A stretch of DNA of 64,000 nucleotides from Octopus sinensis. Its lineage: Eukaryota. This document shows, piece by piece, positions 9,533-23,262 of the stretch; position 1 is the first letter of the stretch, and every line of letters starts with the position of its first letter. The stretch covers positions 70,370,001-70,434,000 of the forward strand of contig NC_043007.1 of NCBI RefSeq assembly GCF_006345805.1. Direction: 5' to 3'. The notes under the pieces are model-generated. The model was given only the letters and a program-made list of their open reading frames with translations, was not told the origin of the DNA and made no database searches. The translations under genes and the position numbers were made by a program.

Positions 9533-12360
9533 TAACGGGAAGCTTTATGAAAATAGACAAAAGACGAAGGCAGGTGGAAAACAAACAAACAATTGTATTA
9601 GTATGGCGCTCAGGAAATATAAATAAAACAAGTCTTTAACGTTTCGAGCCTACGTCTTCAACAGAAAGATACACAGAGAGAAAAAAACACAGAAAAAGAA
9701 GGAGAGAAAAAAATGCGTGCAGTAACTAACGAACCAACATGGCGATCTGATTTCGGCCAGAAGTCAAAGATCAAACATGAGACGCGAGAGCGAAATTAGG
9801 GGAGATAATAGGGTTGAGTGACCAGCTCCAACAAGGGTGTGTGTGTGGTGTGTGTGTGTGTGTGTATGAGAGAGTATTAGTGCGTATGAGAGGTCTGGAC
9901 GTGTGTATGTATAGGGTTGGTGTATGTATTAGTATGTATTAGTATGTATTAGTAGTATTAGTATGTATAAGGGTGTGTGGTGTGTGTGTGTATGAGAGAG
10001 TATAGTGCGTATGAGAGGCCTGGACGTGTGTATGTATAGGGTTGGTGTATGTATTAGTATGTATTAGTATGTATTAGTATGTATTAGTTGGTGTATGTAT
10101 TAGTATGGCACATCATATATGATGTGATGTGTAAAGTCGTGTGGTGTGTAGTGTGGAGAGAGGAGAAGAGGGGGAGGGGGAGAAGAGGGGGAGAGGGGGA
10201 GGAGAGAGAGAGAGAGGAGGGGAGAAGGGGGGAGGCGGAGAAGGAAGGGGAGGCGGAGAGAGAAGGAAGGGGAGGCGGAGAAGGAAGGGGAGGCGGAGAA
10301 GGAAGGGGAGGCGGAGGGGACGAGGAAGGAGGAAAGAGGGAGAGGGGGAGGGAGAAGGGGAGTGAGGGAGCAGAGGGAAGGGGAAGAGGGAAGAAGGGAA
10401 GGGGAGTAGGGGTGAAGGATGAAGGACTGAAGAAGTAGGGGTCGGGGGAAAAGGTAGGTGAGGAGGGGGAGAGGGGGTTAGCTGAGGAGGGGGGAAGAGT
10501 TGAGACCAAATGGCGTATAAGAGCGAAGGAGAAGATTAATTCTGTTCACGGCGCAAACGGGAATCCGGATGGCCTCTGTGTAAGGACAAACCGAACACAG
10601 ATAGGTGTTGCAAGGAGTGACGGTGGAGCGGAAATGGCGAGAGACCGGTGTGTCGTTCGCAAGGTGGATGTCACGAAGGTGTTCCGCGAACCGGTCAGCC
10701 AAGCGGCGTCCCGTTTTTCCTGTACAAGGAATGGCAGAGAGAGCAAGAGACGCAATAGATAATATTGCTGGAGGTGCAGGTGAAGGAGTGGATGATGGGA
10801 TAGGGTCGATGATGGGTGCTAGTGAGGAGGGTGGTGTTGGAGAGGTAAGGCAAGTGCGGCAACGTGGGCGGGAGCAGGGGAACGAGCCGGGTTGGGAGGT
10901 AGGGTCAGGGAAGGAGCTATGGACCAAAAGGTCTCGAAGGTTGTGGCTCGTTTGAAAGAGAGGAGGGGTCGGTTAGGGAAGAGGTGTGAAGTGGACGGGT
11001 CGGACTGGAGATGACGGAAAGCTCGAAGAATGGTGCGTTGGAGAGGTAGGGTCGTGGGGTGGTAAGTGAGGGGAAAAGGGAGGCGGGAGACTACAGGGCG
11101 GGTTCGGGGAGAGAGAGCAGATACACGGTCCACGGACCGTGCTCTGGCAAGGGCGGTGTGGATAGTGGTGAGGGGGTATCCACGTAGGGTGAAGTGGTGA
11201 GCCATACGTTGAGACTGAGTCTCAAAGTCATGGTCGTCACTACAGAGCCTACGTAGACGGAGGAATTGGGAATAGGGGATGGAAAGCTTGGTGTGTTCTG
11301 GGTGGGAGGAAGAGAAGTTGAGGTATGAGTGTGAGTCTGTGTGTTTGTAGTGAATGGAGGAGGTAAGAGTGGAGTGAAGAATGCTAACCGAAATGTCGAG
11401 GAAGGAGACAGAGGTGCTGGAGATAGTGGAAGTGAAGTGGAGGGCTGGATGGAAAGATTGGACGAAAGAGAGGAAGGAGTCTAGATGTTCACGGGAGAGT
11501 GAGGTGGCACCGATAATGTCGTCAATGTAACGACCATATAGTTCAGGAGTGGGACCAGTGAAATTAGAGAATATTTAGGCCTCAACATAGCCAACGAACA
11601 GGTTCGCATAGTTGGGGCCCATTCGCGTTCCCATGGCCACTCCCGAGACCTGATGGTAGAACTCGCCCGCGAACGAGAAGCAGTTCAGAGTAAGGACAAG
11701 TTCGGCCAGATGAATGAGTGTGGAGGAGTCAGGTACAGGGTTGGAGCGGAGGTCAAGAAAGTGTCGAAGGGCCTGCAGTCCTTCGTGGTGAGGGATAACA
11801 GTATAGAGGCTTTGAATGTCCATAGTAAAAAGGATTTTGGAGGAGCCGGTAGGAAAGGAGAAAGAGTTGAAAAGCCGGAGAGCATGGTTGGTATCGTGGA
11901 TGTGGGAGGGAAGAGATGCCACTAGGGGGGCAAGGACACGGTGGAGGTATTTAGAGATGAGCTCCGTGGGGCAGTTACAGGCGGAGACGATGGGGCGGCC
12001 AGGGTTGTTGGGTTTGGGGATTTGGGGGAGGAAGTAAATGGTGGGGGTACGTGGGGTTCGCACAATTAGGTTGGATGCGGTGTGGGGGAGACGGGAGGAT
12101 GAGATGAGGTCGCGGACAGTAGAGGATACCGTCTGTTGGTAGCTACGTGTGGGGTTAGAGGGCAGAGGGGAGTAGAAGGAGGTGTCATTGAGTTGGCGGA
12201 AAGCCTCGGCCCTATAGAGGTCCGCGCACCACACCACTACAGCTCCACCCTTGTCAGCCGGTTTGATGATAATGTCAGCGCGCCGTTGGAGGGAACGAAG
12301 AGCCAAGAGCTCAGCCGGGGAGATGTTGAGGCGGCGTTGGCGCCTACGGAGATGTACTTG
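9533..12360 (-). mobile_element. Penelope-like retroelement, 5'-truncated: RT plus GIY-YIG endonuclease with frameshifts, 3' UTR and terminal repeat
   Basis: IIIKPADKGG, GRPIVS, LFTMDIQSLYT, GVAMGTRMGPNYANLF, RYIDD (YIDD at about 11518-11529), YKHTDSHSYL, then NIIYCVSCSLC..LY.GKTGRRLADRFAEH. Confidence 0.92.
9633..9669 (-). ncRNA. Minimal type I hammerhead-like motif in the Penelope 3' terminal repeat (CUGUUGA core variant)
   Basis: Minus strand reads TCTTT-CTGTTGA-AGACGTAGGCTC-GAAA-CGTT-AAAGA. Stem I is TCTTT/AAAGA and stem III is the palindrome ACGT. Confidence 0.55.
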
Positions 12361-12400
12361 CATAGCAAGCGACTTGATCTGAGATCGTGTGCTGAAACAA

Positions 12401-12598
12401 AAATAATTGCAGCGTTGAAGATGTTTGTAAGCCATTCAAAAAAACACAAAAACCATTAGTTTAACTTCAGCATTTTAATTTCGTTTGTGACAAAATATTT
12501 TCATTGCTTTGAAATCGTATATGCATGCATACGCAAGTACACATACACATACATACATGCATGCATACATACATGCCTACATACATACATACATAAAC

Positions 12599-12634
<36 letters not shown>

Positions 12635-12809
12635 CATGAACTAACTGTTACTTTCTCAGATGCAGCACGAAGTTTCATCAGTGAACAGGTCGCGATTTCA
12701 AAGCGACGAAGATATTTTGACACAAATGAAATTTAAATGCTGAAATTAAACTAATGGTTTTTGTGTGTTCTTGAATTGCTTACAAACATCTTCCACGCTG
12801 CAATTGTTT
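12401..12809. mobile_element. MITE-like element with about 100-bp TIRs enclosing microsatellites
   Basis: 12401-12502 is the reverse complement (with a few mismatches) of 12708-12809. Confidence 0.75.
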
Positions 12810-13524
12810 GTGTGTGTGTATGTGTGTGTAAAAACTTACACTTCCTTTTTCCTTTTTCCGAGTTGAGATTCGAAACCGAATCTAAGGATTCTCGCTCTCC
12901 TGATCCACCACTGGCCAAACAACAGGCGCGAAAGAAATTTCTTTGTCTTGTCAAAAAGTGATGGATGGATTTCCCTTCGACCTACGCCCTGAGCCGTGTC
13001 ATTTAAGGTTCAAGTGGACAGGAGGCGACCTACATAAGTAGAAATTACTCTTGTCGTATGCTTCTAGCTGTCATAATCAATATAAATACAGTCAGACATA
13101 CGACAGAGGCATATAACCATCACCAGGCGAACTGTCAAGAGACAGCCAGCAAGTAACTTGCGCCAGTTAAGCAGCCAACACAGAACAACATATTCAGCAT
13201 GAACGACCCAACACAGTAGCAATCAGAGAACATAAACAGACACCACCGAATGACCAACATACACACAGTCACAAAACATGCCGGGTTCTACCTCATCACA
13301 TCGATCCAGTATTTCCCCTGTTTATTTTCTTCTTCACCAACTCGAAACAAGTTAGTAATGTCATGTGGTGAATTCTTTTTTGGTGTATACAACAAGTAAA
13401 TGCAAGTATCATTTAAATAAATTATTTAAACCACAATCCGATGCTTTTCCATTGTTTTACTTTTATGTCGTCAACATGCCTCTTTCATCTGCTACCTCAA
13501 CATCTTTTGCTACACCTTTCCCGC

Positions 13525-13603
<79 letters not shown>

Positions 13604-13682
13604 GTGTGTGTGTGCGTGTGTATGTATGTATGTATGTATGTATGTATGTATGTATGTATGTATGTATGTATGTATGTATATA

Positions 13683-14079
13683 GCGTAGGAGTGGCTATGT
13701 GGTAAGTAGCTTGCTTACCAACCACATGGTTCTAGGTTCAGTCCTACTGCGTGACACCTTGGGCAAGTGTCTTCTACTATAGCATCGGGCCGACCAAAGC
13801 CTTGTGAGTGGATTTGGTAGACGGAAACTGAAAGAAGCCTGTCGTATATTTGTATATATATGTATGTGTGTGTGTATGCGTTTATGTGTCTGTGTTTGTC
13901 CCCTCCCCCAACATCGCTTGACAACCGATGCTGGTGTGTTTACGTCCCCGTAACTTAGCGGTTCGGCAAAAAAGACCGATAGAATAAGTACTAGGCTTAC
14001 AAAGAATAAGTCCTGGGGTCGATTTTCTCGGCTAAAGGCGATGCTCTAGCATGGCCACAGTCAAATGACTGAAACAAGT
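13683..14079 (+). mobile_element. SINE family A (tRNA head, CORE-like domain, central TA/TG microsatellite); OR-type octopus SINE
   Basis: GGAGTGGCTATGTGGTAAGTAGC...GGTTCAGTCC, CCTTGGGCAAGTGTCTT (CORE-like), tail GCATGGCCACAGTCAAATGACTGAAACAAGTA. The family name is from memory, not a search. Confidence 0.85.
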
Positions 14080-14095
14080 ATATATATATATATAT

Positions 14096-14194
14096 ACTTG
14101 TTTTATTTATATTCCTGAGCGCCATACTAATACAATTGTTTGTTTGTATTCCACCTGCCTTCGTCTTTTGTTTATTTTCATAAAGCTTCCCGTT

Positions 14195-14196
<2 letters not shown>
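14096..14196 (+). mobile_element. Short inverted copy of the Penelope 3' terminus
   Basis: Reverse complement of 9533-9632 (CTTGTTTTAT...CCTGAGCGCCATACTAATACAATTG...AAGCTTCCCGTTAT). Confidence 0.85.
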
Positions 14197-14250
<54 letters not shown>

Positions 14251-15749
14251 GTTTTATGTATGTATGTATGTATGTATGTTGTATGTATGTATGTATGTAG
14301 GTAGGTAGGTAGGTAGGTAAGTAGGTAGGTAGGTAGGTATACATACATGAAGCCATGCTGGCAAAACGCTGCTCCTTTAAACAGAAAGCTTACCCGTCAT
14401 TGTGGTTTTGTGGCACAAAGCTAAGCAGGCCTTGCCGTCACCTCAAGAAAACACATAGTAAACAATACATAACAACGAGAGAATACACATACGCACGCGC
14501 GCACACACACATACATAGGCAATGATAAGTGAGTGAGGCCTTTGGCAATATGCCGTGCTTGATAAGATCCGTCAAACACATTCTACCAGTATACGAAGTT
14601 TAAAATTTTTTAGTTACTTAGAAATTATGTTAAAAACTGCCGTTCAAACCGAAAGGATCCGAAACGTGGTGTAGCCCTTACAGTTTACCAGTTTCAGTCA
14701 AACCACCTAACCCATGCCAGCATGGAAGGCAGACACTAAATCATGATGATGATACATACACGATTACACACGCACACAAGAAGTGTTTAAAATGAATATA
14801 AAATGCTGGCTATCTTCAAATATGCTATCGATAGTTTTTCTCGTGAATTACTCTTTTGAACATCATCTAATAAGAATAGCTGCCATAAGCACTTTGTACT
14901 TGGTGACCCTGCCGTTCACTGTTATCTTCGTCAGTCGTGACATCTAACCAATCTAACCTCCTACCCATTTTCATCAGAATGACTGCTACATTGCATACTA
15001 CCACTAGAAAAAGGAAATGCTGTATACAGTCATTCGAGGGGAAATGGTTACAGCCTGTGTGAGTGATGTGTTATTTAAGGATGGGCTTCGACAATGCAAA
15101 ACTAGTGAAAGTAAATGCTTCAATGTTACTCTTAAAAATGCAAATAGATCTATTTTAATGAAACGGAAAACTTTTGTAAACCAAAAAAATATGATTGTCT
15201 TTTGATTTAATGTAGTATAAAATAAGATAGCCAGAGATATTTTTATGTTACAAAATCTAATAACGTAAGACGAAAAAGAAAAATTAGTGAACGAACAATC
15301 AAAAGTGAACTGTTTATTGTTGGTTTTGGTGAACGTAAAACACTCCCTTTGCAAATACGGACCGTGTTGTAAAGGAGTTTCCGGACAGGAAGATTGCTGA
15401 AAAATTATCAATGAATTAAACAAAGCTTTTTTATATGCCATTCAAAAAATAGTCATGACGAGATATCTATGAGACATAATGAGTTTGCTATCAGTAGAAC
15501 CTTTCGCACACTGGATAAAATATTTAGTGGCATATCTTTCGGCTCTTTACGTTCTGGGTTCAAATTCCGCAGAAGTTGATTTTGTCTTTCATCGTTTTGA
15601 GGCAGATAAAATAAGGGAATAAGGGTTAATGTTTACATCTTGACCCGGAAATGAAAATCCAAAAGCAATACTGGAATGGGTGTAAAACAATATGTAGGAA
15701 ACGAATATGAAAAAAAAATGCGCGCAAAGCAACGGGAGGGTGGGGAGAG

Positions 15750-15992
15750 GACTTCGGAAAATTCACAAGATCCGAGTTTTTCCCTCATAACTTTTAGGAA
15801 AATGGGGGTTTTTATCAATGAAATTTTATAGAAATACCATTCAAACGGCATACATTACAATTATAAAGAAATTTATGGGGAAAATCTTTTCCAAAGAGGT
15901 GGGGAAAGGACTTTGGAAAATTCACAAAATTCGAGTTTTTCCCTCATAACTTTTAGGAAAATGGGGTTTCAATGAAATTTTATAGAAATACC
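15750..15992. repeat. Direct duplication of about 85 bp at about 159-bp spacing
   Basis: GACTT(C/T)GGAAAATTCACAA...CCCTCATAACTTTTAGGAAAATGGGG...TATAGAAATACC occurs twice. Confidence 0.8.
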
Positions 15993-17164
15993 TATGTAAG
16001 AGATGAGAATACAAGTTGAAATTTTGAGCAAATTAAGTTTTGATATATACATTCCGGGAGTACAAGTTTCATATCCTTGCTTGATTACCCACATGGCGAG
16101 GTGTTCAATGTGAACCATTTTCAGAGGCCTCTAAATATTTTATCATGCCTTGTAAATTGTCAATATTCTTATCATGGACAGATCAGTCCTCAAATTGAAG
16201 AGACTCAGCAGAAGTTTACTCATCTTGGCCTCATCACCACTATCATCATCAGCGCCACTATCATCATCAGCGCCATCGTCAGTTAACCTCTGTTTTCCTT
16301 GCTGGCATGGGTTGGATAAAGAGCTAGCAAGCAGAGGGTTGTGATAAACTTTATTGTTTGTTTTGGTATGATTTCTAAGGTTGGATACCTTTCCTAATGA
16401 CAATTATTTTACAGAGTTTACTGGGCGCTATTTTCGTGTGACACCAACACCAGCAGAAGAATAATAGGCGTTTTGCTGTAGAAGTGATACAAGGATATCG
16501 CAGTTGGAGAAGGAAACTTGAAGAGAAAGATGGAAATGAAGAGAGGGAGAGAGATAGTAGTGGATATGTGTCAAGACATACCCTCAAGGTAAAGTGGGAG
16601 GGGGTGAATATAGGTGAAGTGATACAGAGGGTCGGAGTGGGTGAGTAGGCAGGGAGAACGAGAGGGAAAATTTCATAAGAATGTGAGGGTAAATGGTTAG
16701 ACAGGGTAGAGGTGGTTAGACAGGTAAGAGACAGGGTATGTGAGATATATGAAGGCATTGGGAGTGTTAGAAGATAAAAGAGGTGTTAAGGATACAGTAT
16801 TGTAGTGTGCCTGGAGTATAGCAGAATGGCAGGAGAAAGATAATGATGAATGGAAGTGGTTCTAAGGATGGAGTATAGCATAGGATGGAGTATAGCAGGA
16901 TGGAGTATAGCATAGAGGAGAGAGCATGGCTGGAGGAAGATAATGAGGAATGGAAGAGGTTCTGGGGTAGGCAAGGAAAGAGAAATGTAATGGAAGGGAG
17001 TTGTGGGAAATATGTGCTTTTTCTACTCTCAGGCAATTATGATAGCCAAATAATACTAGAGATAAAGGAGTGATGAGTTTAGGGTATCATATGTTGGGAA
17101 GGAGAAGGCTTGATGGGGCAGAGCTCTGCATGTGTAAACATCTACCAAGGTGGTTTTAGAATAT

Positions 17165-17730
17165 CAATTCCATTATGGAAAACCAGCGCAGCCTTCCCTC
17201 ATGCACACTGCATCTAATTCCTTGTATGCCTATCTTTTCTCTCAATACACTAGCGCTGTTGCACATACACACTGATATTGCACATCCAGTGGAGCATACA
17301 AGCTGCATTCCTCTCTAGTCTTCACATGTTTTCTGCATTTAAGGCCCACATCTCACTACCATGTAGCATTATTGTTCGTACACATGCATAATATAATCTT
17401 CCTTTCACTTGGGGAGAGAGACCTTTGGTTGTCAACAGTGGTAAAAGCTTTCTGAACTTTCCCTATCCTATTCTTATTCTAGCAATTACACTTTCTCTAT
17501 CCTATTCTTATTCTAGCAATTACACTTTCAGTACATTCTCCTCCACTCCTTATTAGGTCCCCTGGGCAGTAGAAATTATCCACTACCTCTAGAGAGCCTC
17601 TGGGGCATTTGAGAAAATCAATTTTCTGTGTATATCTGTAGACTTTATGGCCCCTGTGCATTTTCCACAGATGGACACTGCTTTCTTTGATACCCTTCCT
17701 ATTATTCAACAGCACCCCTTGTATGTCCAT
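17165..17730 (-). mobile_element. RTE LINE 3' ORF2 remnant
   Basis: ESVIARIRIG*GKFRKLLPLLTTKGLS...GRLYYACVRTIMLHGSEMW, the same family as 41300 and 49041. Contains a 34-bp tandem duplication at about 17463-17530. Confidence 0.8.
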
Positions 17731-18599
17731 ATCTTAAAGTTCCATAGGCTCATAGACCGAACCTAGTTCATCAGGTGTCTGGAAATCGAGTAACAGGATA
17801 TTGACCTCCTAACACCTAGGTTCATTCTAAGAGCCTATGAAACTTAGTTGCATAGAATTGAATCAAACTGTCATTGAACAATAACAAATGTACTGAGTGT
17901 CACTTTTAGTTTATCCACCCAGTTGTATCTGTTTATACAAACACATACACATGCACATACAAATATATGTTCATTGGCAGAGTAGTTAGAGCATTAGATA
18001 AAAAAAAAGTACTTGGTGTCTTAATCTCTCTCTCTGCAAGAAATCGGTTGTGCTTTTGACCTGGAGATGAGCGCTATTAAGATTAAATGCCCCAGATACC
18101 TTGTTAGTTGAACTTGATGCAAACTAACATAATCTTAATGTAGGTGCTATGTGTGTTACAACACCAGGCCAACAGAAGCTAGTTAAATTACATATGAATG
18201 GGGATGGGAACCCACTTTAGTACATCACAGTCTTAGTGTATGATATGGTAAATCAAAATTTTAATATTAACATGTATTTTATTTCCAATCTACATGCTTG
18301 TTTTCTAAACAGCTGCATGAACATGCATGCCAAAACTGGAAAGAAAAACATAAGAATTTTTTTTTTTCTTAACGGTAATTTATATACTTATATTATACTT
18401 AATTAAATACTTATTTATATAAATGCAAATGCTATAATAATTGTTAGTCTCCCACACAAAAAAAAATTCACAATATATCATTATTAAAAAGTGCCATAAA
18501 GATGTTCACTCCGTTTTCATGGTGGCTGTGTCCATGTAAAATTTTAGAAATATCAGTTGATAGCTGATAATATTCGTTGTTTATATATGTATGTGTGTA

Positions 18600-18651
<52 letters not shown>

Positions 18652-18715
18652 GGTGCCCCAGCATGGCCACAACTTGTGAGCTGAAACTAGATAAATAAAA
18701 AAAAAATTTTTTTTT

Positions 18716-18781
<66 letters not shown>

Positions 18782-19004
18782 TATATTTATATATATATAT
18801 TATATATATATAAATAACCAGCTGATCTAGCAAGCGGGGCCTCATATCAGTGAGGGGGGCCGGTGCGCATTGGTGCCGTTGAGAGGTAGGCCCCGAAACG
18901 GTGCACATTCTCTCCTGATGACCCCATACACTTGCTAGCTTCTGGTATACAGAGCTTTTAACTGGTAGCACTTGCATGTGCAAGTTGTTTGCAAGACATA
19001 TATT

Positions 19005-19320
19005 CCTTATTCTTTTACTTGAGCATGGTCTTTAGTCGAACCAATCGACCTCAGGACTTATTCATTATAAGCCTAATACTTATTATATTGGTCACTTGTG
19101 CCGAACCACTAAATTACAGGGATGTAAACACACCAACATCAGTTATCAAGTGATGATAGGGGGACAAACATACACAAACATATACATATATATATACACA
19201 ACAGACTTCTTCCAGTTTCCGTCTACGAAATTCACTTACAAGGGTTTGGTTGGCCCAAACACTTGGGACTGAACCCGGAACCTTGTGGTTGGGAAGCAAG
19301 CTTCTTACCACACAGCCATG
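19005..19320 (-). mobile_element. SINE family A, degenerate
   Basis: Reverse complement of family A motifs (GGGACTGAACCCGGAACC..., GGACTTATTC...AAGCCTAATACTTATT). Confidence 0.75.
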
Positions 19321-19452
19321 CCTATATATATGTGTGTGTGTGTGTGTGTCCGTGTGTTTATATATATATACGTTTATATATATGTTTATATATAAACGTA
19401 TACGTATGTACGTATGTATGTATATATATATATATGTTTATATTTATATTTA

Positions 19453-19521
<69 letters not shown>

Positions 19522-20074
19522 TATATAAATATGTTTATATATAAATATGTTTATATATATAGAGGGACTCCACTACTTCATATGTTCTTAAAATTTAAAT
19601 CCACATCTTTGTCTATATATCTACCTTCTCTATAATGTTGCCACTTGATTTGAAAATTTTTGTATTAATGGAAAACCTCTATAATTGGCTGATGAGTACT
19701 CAGCATCTTAAATCTGTTGTAATACTTACAACATTTAATAAAATGATGTAGTACGAAACGATCGTACCAAATTACCGGAGTCATTCTTGTTGCTTATTTT
19801 GATTATAATCACCCCACGGATTTTTATGGATAACACCATACAAAATTCTGGTGCATCTAAATTAAGTACCATATTCATTTGAATCTAAATTTTTGCTGAA
19901 CTTATATATATATATATATATATATATATCATTTGTAGAAATACATAAATCCAAGAGGAGAAGCACACTCTAAGATGTAGAGCAGTTAATATTACAGTGG
20001 GGCAGACTGGTTTATGGGGTTACCCTTAGTTTCTCACTCGTAAGGCATATCTTCAGGCCCCAAACACTGCTGGC

Positions 20075-21600
20075 CTGAGCCCTCTTTAAAATATGGAGGA
20101 GGAAAAGCCTTGTTTTTAAAGGAGGAGAAAAGAGGAATGATGACACTGTGTTCACTGGACCAGAAGGTTCTTAGGATCCAGGAGCTCATCCTATGAGCTA
20201 TATCAACCTTATTGTTGATGTGGTAATTCCAGCTGAGCTTGTTGTCAACAATTACTCCTAGGTCTCTAATATTATTAGATGTTGCGAGTGGTTCCCCTGA
20301 AGGAAGAGCGTATGGCTGTTTTAGCATAATCTTTCTTCCAAAATGCATCAGCTCAAATTTTCCCTCATTTAGTTGCATTTTGTTTTTGTCTGCTCATTGA
20401 CTCACAGCATGTAGATCAGTCTAGAGTTCAGTTCGGTTTTCTTCTTCATTGATAACTTTCTGGAGCTTAGAGTCATCAGCGAATATTTTCACTTTACTCT
20501 GTTTTATGACGCTGGAAAGGTTGTTATATAGACAATAAAGAGAAGTGAGCCGAAGACAGTTCCCCGAGGAACACCACTGGTGACTTTTGTTGGGCTTGAG
20601 TGGATTTCATTGATCATAACATGTGTTCTGTTATTCAGGAAATACTCAATCCAGTGTGGTAGTTTTCTACAGATTCCAACATTTGACAATTTTGACTAGG
20701 ATATTATGTTTGACTCTGTCAAATGCTTTACTGAAGTCAAGATATATGACATCAGAGTTCGAACCCGATCCCAAAGCTTTAAAGATATCATTGATGTGGT
20801 GTAAGAGCTGTGTTAGACAGTCCCTGCCACAGCAAAAGCCATGCTGGTTTGACTTTAGGAGATTGTGGCTCTCCAGGAAGCCAAGTATCCTTGATCTCAC
20901 CACCCTTTCAAACACTTTGATGATATGGGAGGTGAGTGATATTGGGTGGTAGTTGACTGTGAAGGATCTGTTTTACTGTTTGAAAACCGGGATAACAGAC
21001 TGGGATAAGGGCTATTTCGGTATATAAACTGAGTCTAAAGAATTTCCCCAGAGGTTGGTTAGAGGGACTGCAAGTTGGTGTCTACATTCCTTCCAGAGAC
21101 TAGCTGGGAATCTATCAGGGCCTACAGCAAAATAGTATTTGATCTCATTTATTGCTGCTATGGTGTCTGAAGCAGTAAAGGTTATGTCTGAGGTTACATG
21201 CTGGGAAACAACTTTGTTCACATCCTTTACGTCAATATCAGTGAGATCACTAAAGACAGAGCAGTATTGTTTCTGCAGTACTTCTGTCATTTCTTTAACA
21301 TCCTGTTGGAGAATGCCATTATCATCAATTAATGGAGACAGTGGTCCTATGCTTACTTGTATATGAATAGAACACTGCTGGGTTCTGTTTGATTATCCAC
21401 TGTTCATCTGCAGTTCTTTGACTGTCAATGCAGGTTTTCATGTTGGTCTGCAGGTGAAGTTTTTCCAACTCCAGCCATTGTTAAATTTGAATGTTGAATG
21501 TGGATGTTGAATATGGGAGTATTTTAATAGGTTGATTTTTTGTTAAGTCTTTTGATGCTCTCCCGATGAGTGTTTTTTTCTCTCTAAGGAGCCTGTTTCT
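20075..21600 (-). mobile_element. CR1-clade LINE reverse transcriptase remnant
   Basis: GPDRFPA, QHGFCCGRDCLTQLL, DVIYLDFSKAFDRV, SGVPRGTVFGSLLF, FADDSK (about 20470-20490), RDLGVIVDNKLSW, with many frameshifts. Confidence 0.9.
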
Positions 21601-21805
21601 GTTTGTGCTAGTGGATTTTGTAGAAGAGTATTTTGAGCAGGTATAGGTGACAATGTCCTCAAAGCACTGCCATGTTGTTTCAATGTCAGTGGAACTGAGA
21701 GTGAAGGACCAGACAATAAAGGACAGATCCTTTCTGATTGCTCCCCAGTCTGCTTTGTGGAAGTTTATGTTGTCAAATAAGTGCAGTATATTTGTGTGTG
21801 TGTAT

Positions 21806-21845
<40 letters not shown>

Positions 21846-21859
21846 TATATATTAATGGC

Positions 21860-23003
21860 AATTTCTGTCTCTCTGCCAATATAAAATAGGATCATTATTC
21901 CAAGGGAATGACTCACTGACCACAGACCCAAGAAGGATAAGTAAGATACTCAGTGAACAACTTAAAAGTGTCTTCACTTCTCTCCTTGGAAACATGCATA
22001 TAAAAAATCCAGCTGAATTCTTTAATGTTGCAGCTCTGAAAAAGGAGGCAGCAGCCATCGATCACATCAACATTGAGGAGACAGATAGATGTAACAGTGA
22101 CGATAGATGAAATGAGTTCATGCTCCACAACTGGTCCTGATGGCTTTTCAGCTATTTCCTGAAGTCATGTAAGCAGGTTTAGCAAAATCACTTCAGATAC
22201 TTTTCCAAAGTTTCCTTGCAAATGGCAAACTTCCTAAAAAGCTGAAAGAAGACATTATATTCCAGATCGACAAAGGTGGAAGCAGAGCAGAGGCCAAAAA
22301 CTACAGGCCAATCTCTCTGACTTCACATATCAGTAGAGGTTGATAATGTTCCTAGAAGTAAAATGACCTACTGAACAATACACAGCATGGCTTCGGTCCA
22401 GGAAGAAGCTGCCTCACACAATCAATACAGCACTATGACTAGATTTTGAAACAGCTGCTTGCCCATTCAGATGTCAGTGTAATATACCTTGACTTTGCAA
22501 AGGCATTTGATAAGGTAGATCATGGCATGATATGTCATAAGCTATGAGACCTTGGCATTGCTGGTAAACTGGGAGAGTAGCTGCATGATTTTCTTAAAGA
22601 CAGAAGTCAGGTAGTTGCAGTCAATGGTGCCCTTTCTGAGGAAATTCAAATCCTAAGCGGCATGTCCCAGGGAACTGTCTTGGGGCCATTACTGTTCATA
22701 ATAGCCCTCATAGACATGCCCACAGTCACCGTCACTAACTCTGCCAATAATACAAAATTATTAAAGGCAATAAAAAAAAATCAAGATGACATCACAAGCT
22801 TACAGCAGGACCTGAATTTGATATGCAAGCGGGCTGAAATAAACAAGCATTTTAATGATGGAAAATTTCAAGCACTGCATTATCAACTCACAAATGCACT
22901 ACGGCCTGCATATACAGGACCCAAAGGCACTGTCCCAGAGTCACAGGCAGTGAAAGACTTGGAGATCAGTATATACAATGACACATCATTTTATATTCAC
23001 CTT
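21860..23003 (+). mobile_element. CR1-clade LINE RT remnant, 5' part (interrupted by the Tx1/L1 insertion)
   Basis: TGPDGF, KNYRPISLTS, QHGF, VIYLDFAKAFDKVDH, SGMSQGTVLGPLLF, KDLEI...NDTSFY. Confidence 0.88.
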
Positions 23004-23262
23004 TTAAACTTGAATCTCCAATTTGTATCTTCTTTTTCCTCAGTTGCGCGACTATATTTTCACTTGCTATCTATTTGTTACGTGAGTTCGTTTCTGTCTG
23101 TGTTTTTTATTATTGAACTGTTGTCTTGTGACAAACAGTAATTTTCGCCCTAAGGGGCAGAAAATTTCTGAATTCTGAAAATTTGTCTCTTGTCATTTGT
23201 GACAAGGTTTTCTTGTGCTACATCACGGAGTACGACCTCGCATCCAAAAATGATTTTCCCGA

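Noticed and set aside
10084-10509. Pro/Ser-rich and Gly/Glu/Arg-rich ORFs
   Set aside because: Purine-rich simple repeat in the Penelope 3' UTR.
12360-12435. N-terminus of the 286-aa RT ORF as a genuine start
   Set aside because: The ATG lies in the adjacent MITE arm; the element is 5'-truncated and frameshifted downstream, so it is not an intact gene.
13683-13750. tRNA genes at SINE heads (also 492, 48241, 54306, 59487)
   Set aside because: A/B-box-like motifs are present but there is no cloverleaf, and each continues into a SINE body.
16375-17073. 127-aa and neighbouring ORFs
   Set aside because: Compositionally biased, includes a GGATGGAGTATAGCA minisatellite, and has no identifiable domain; probably an old LINE remnant.
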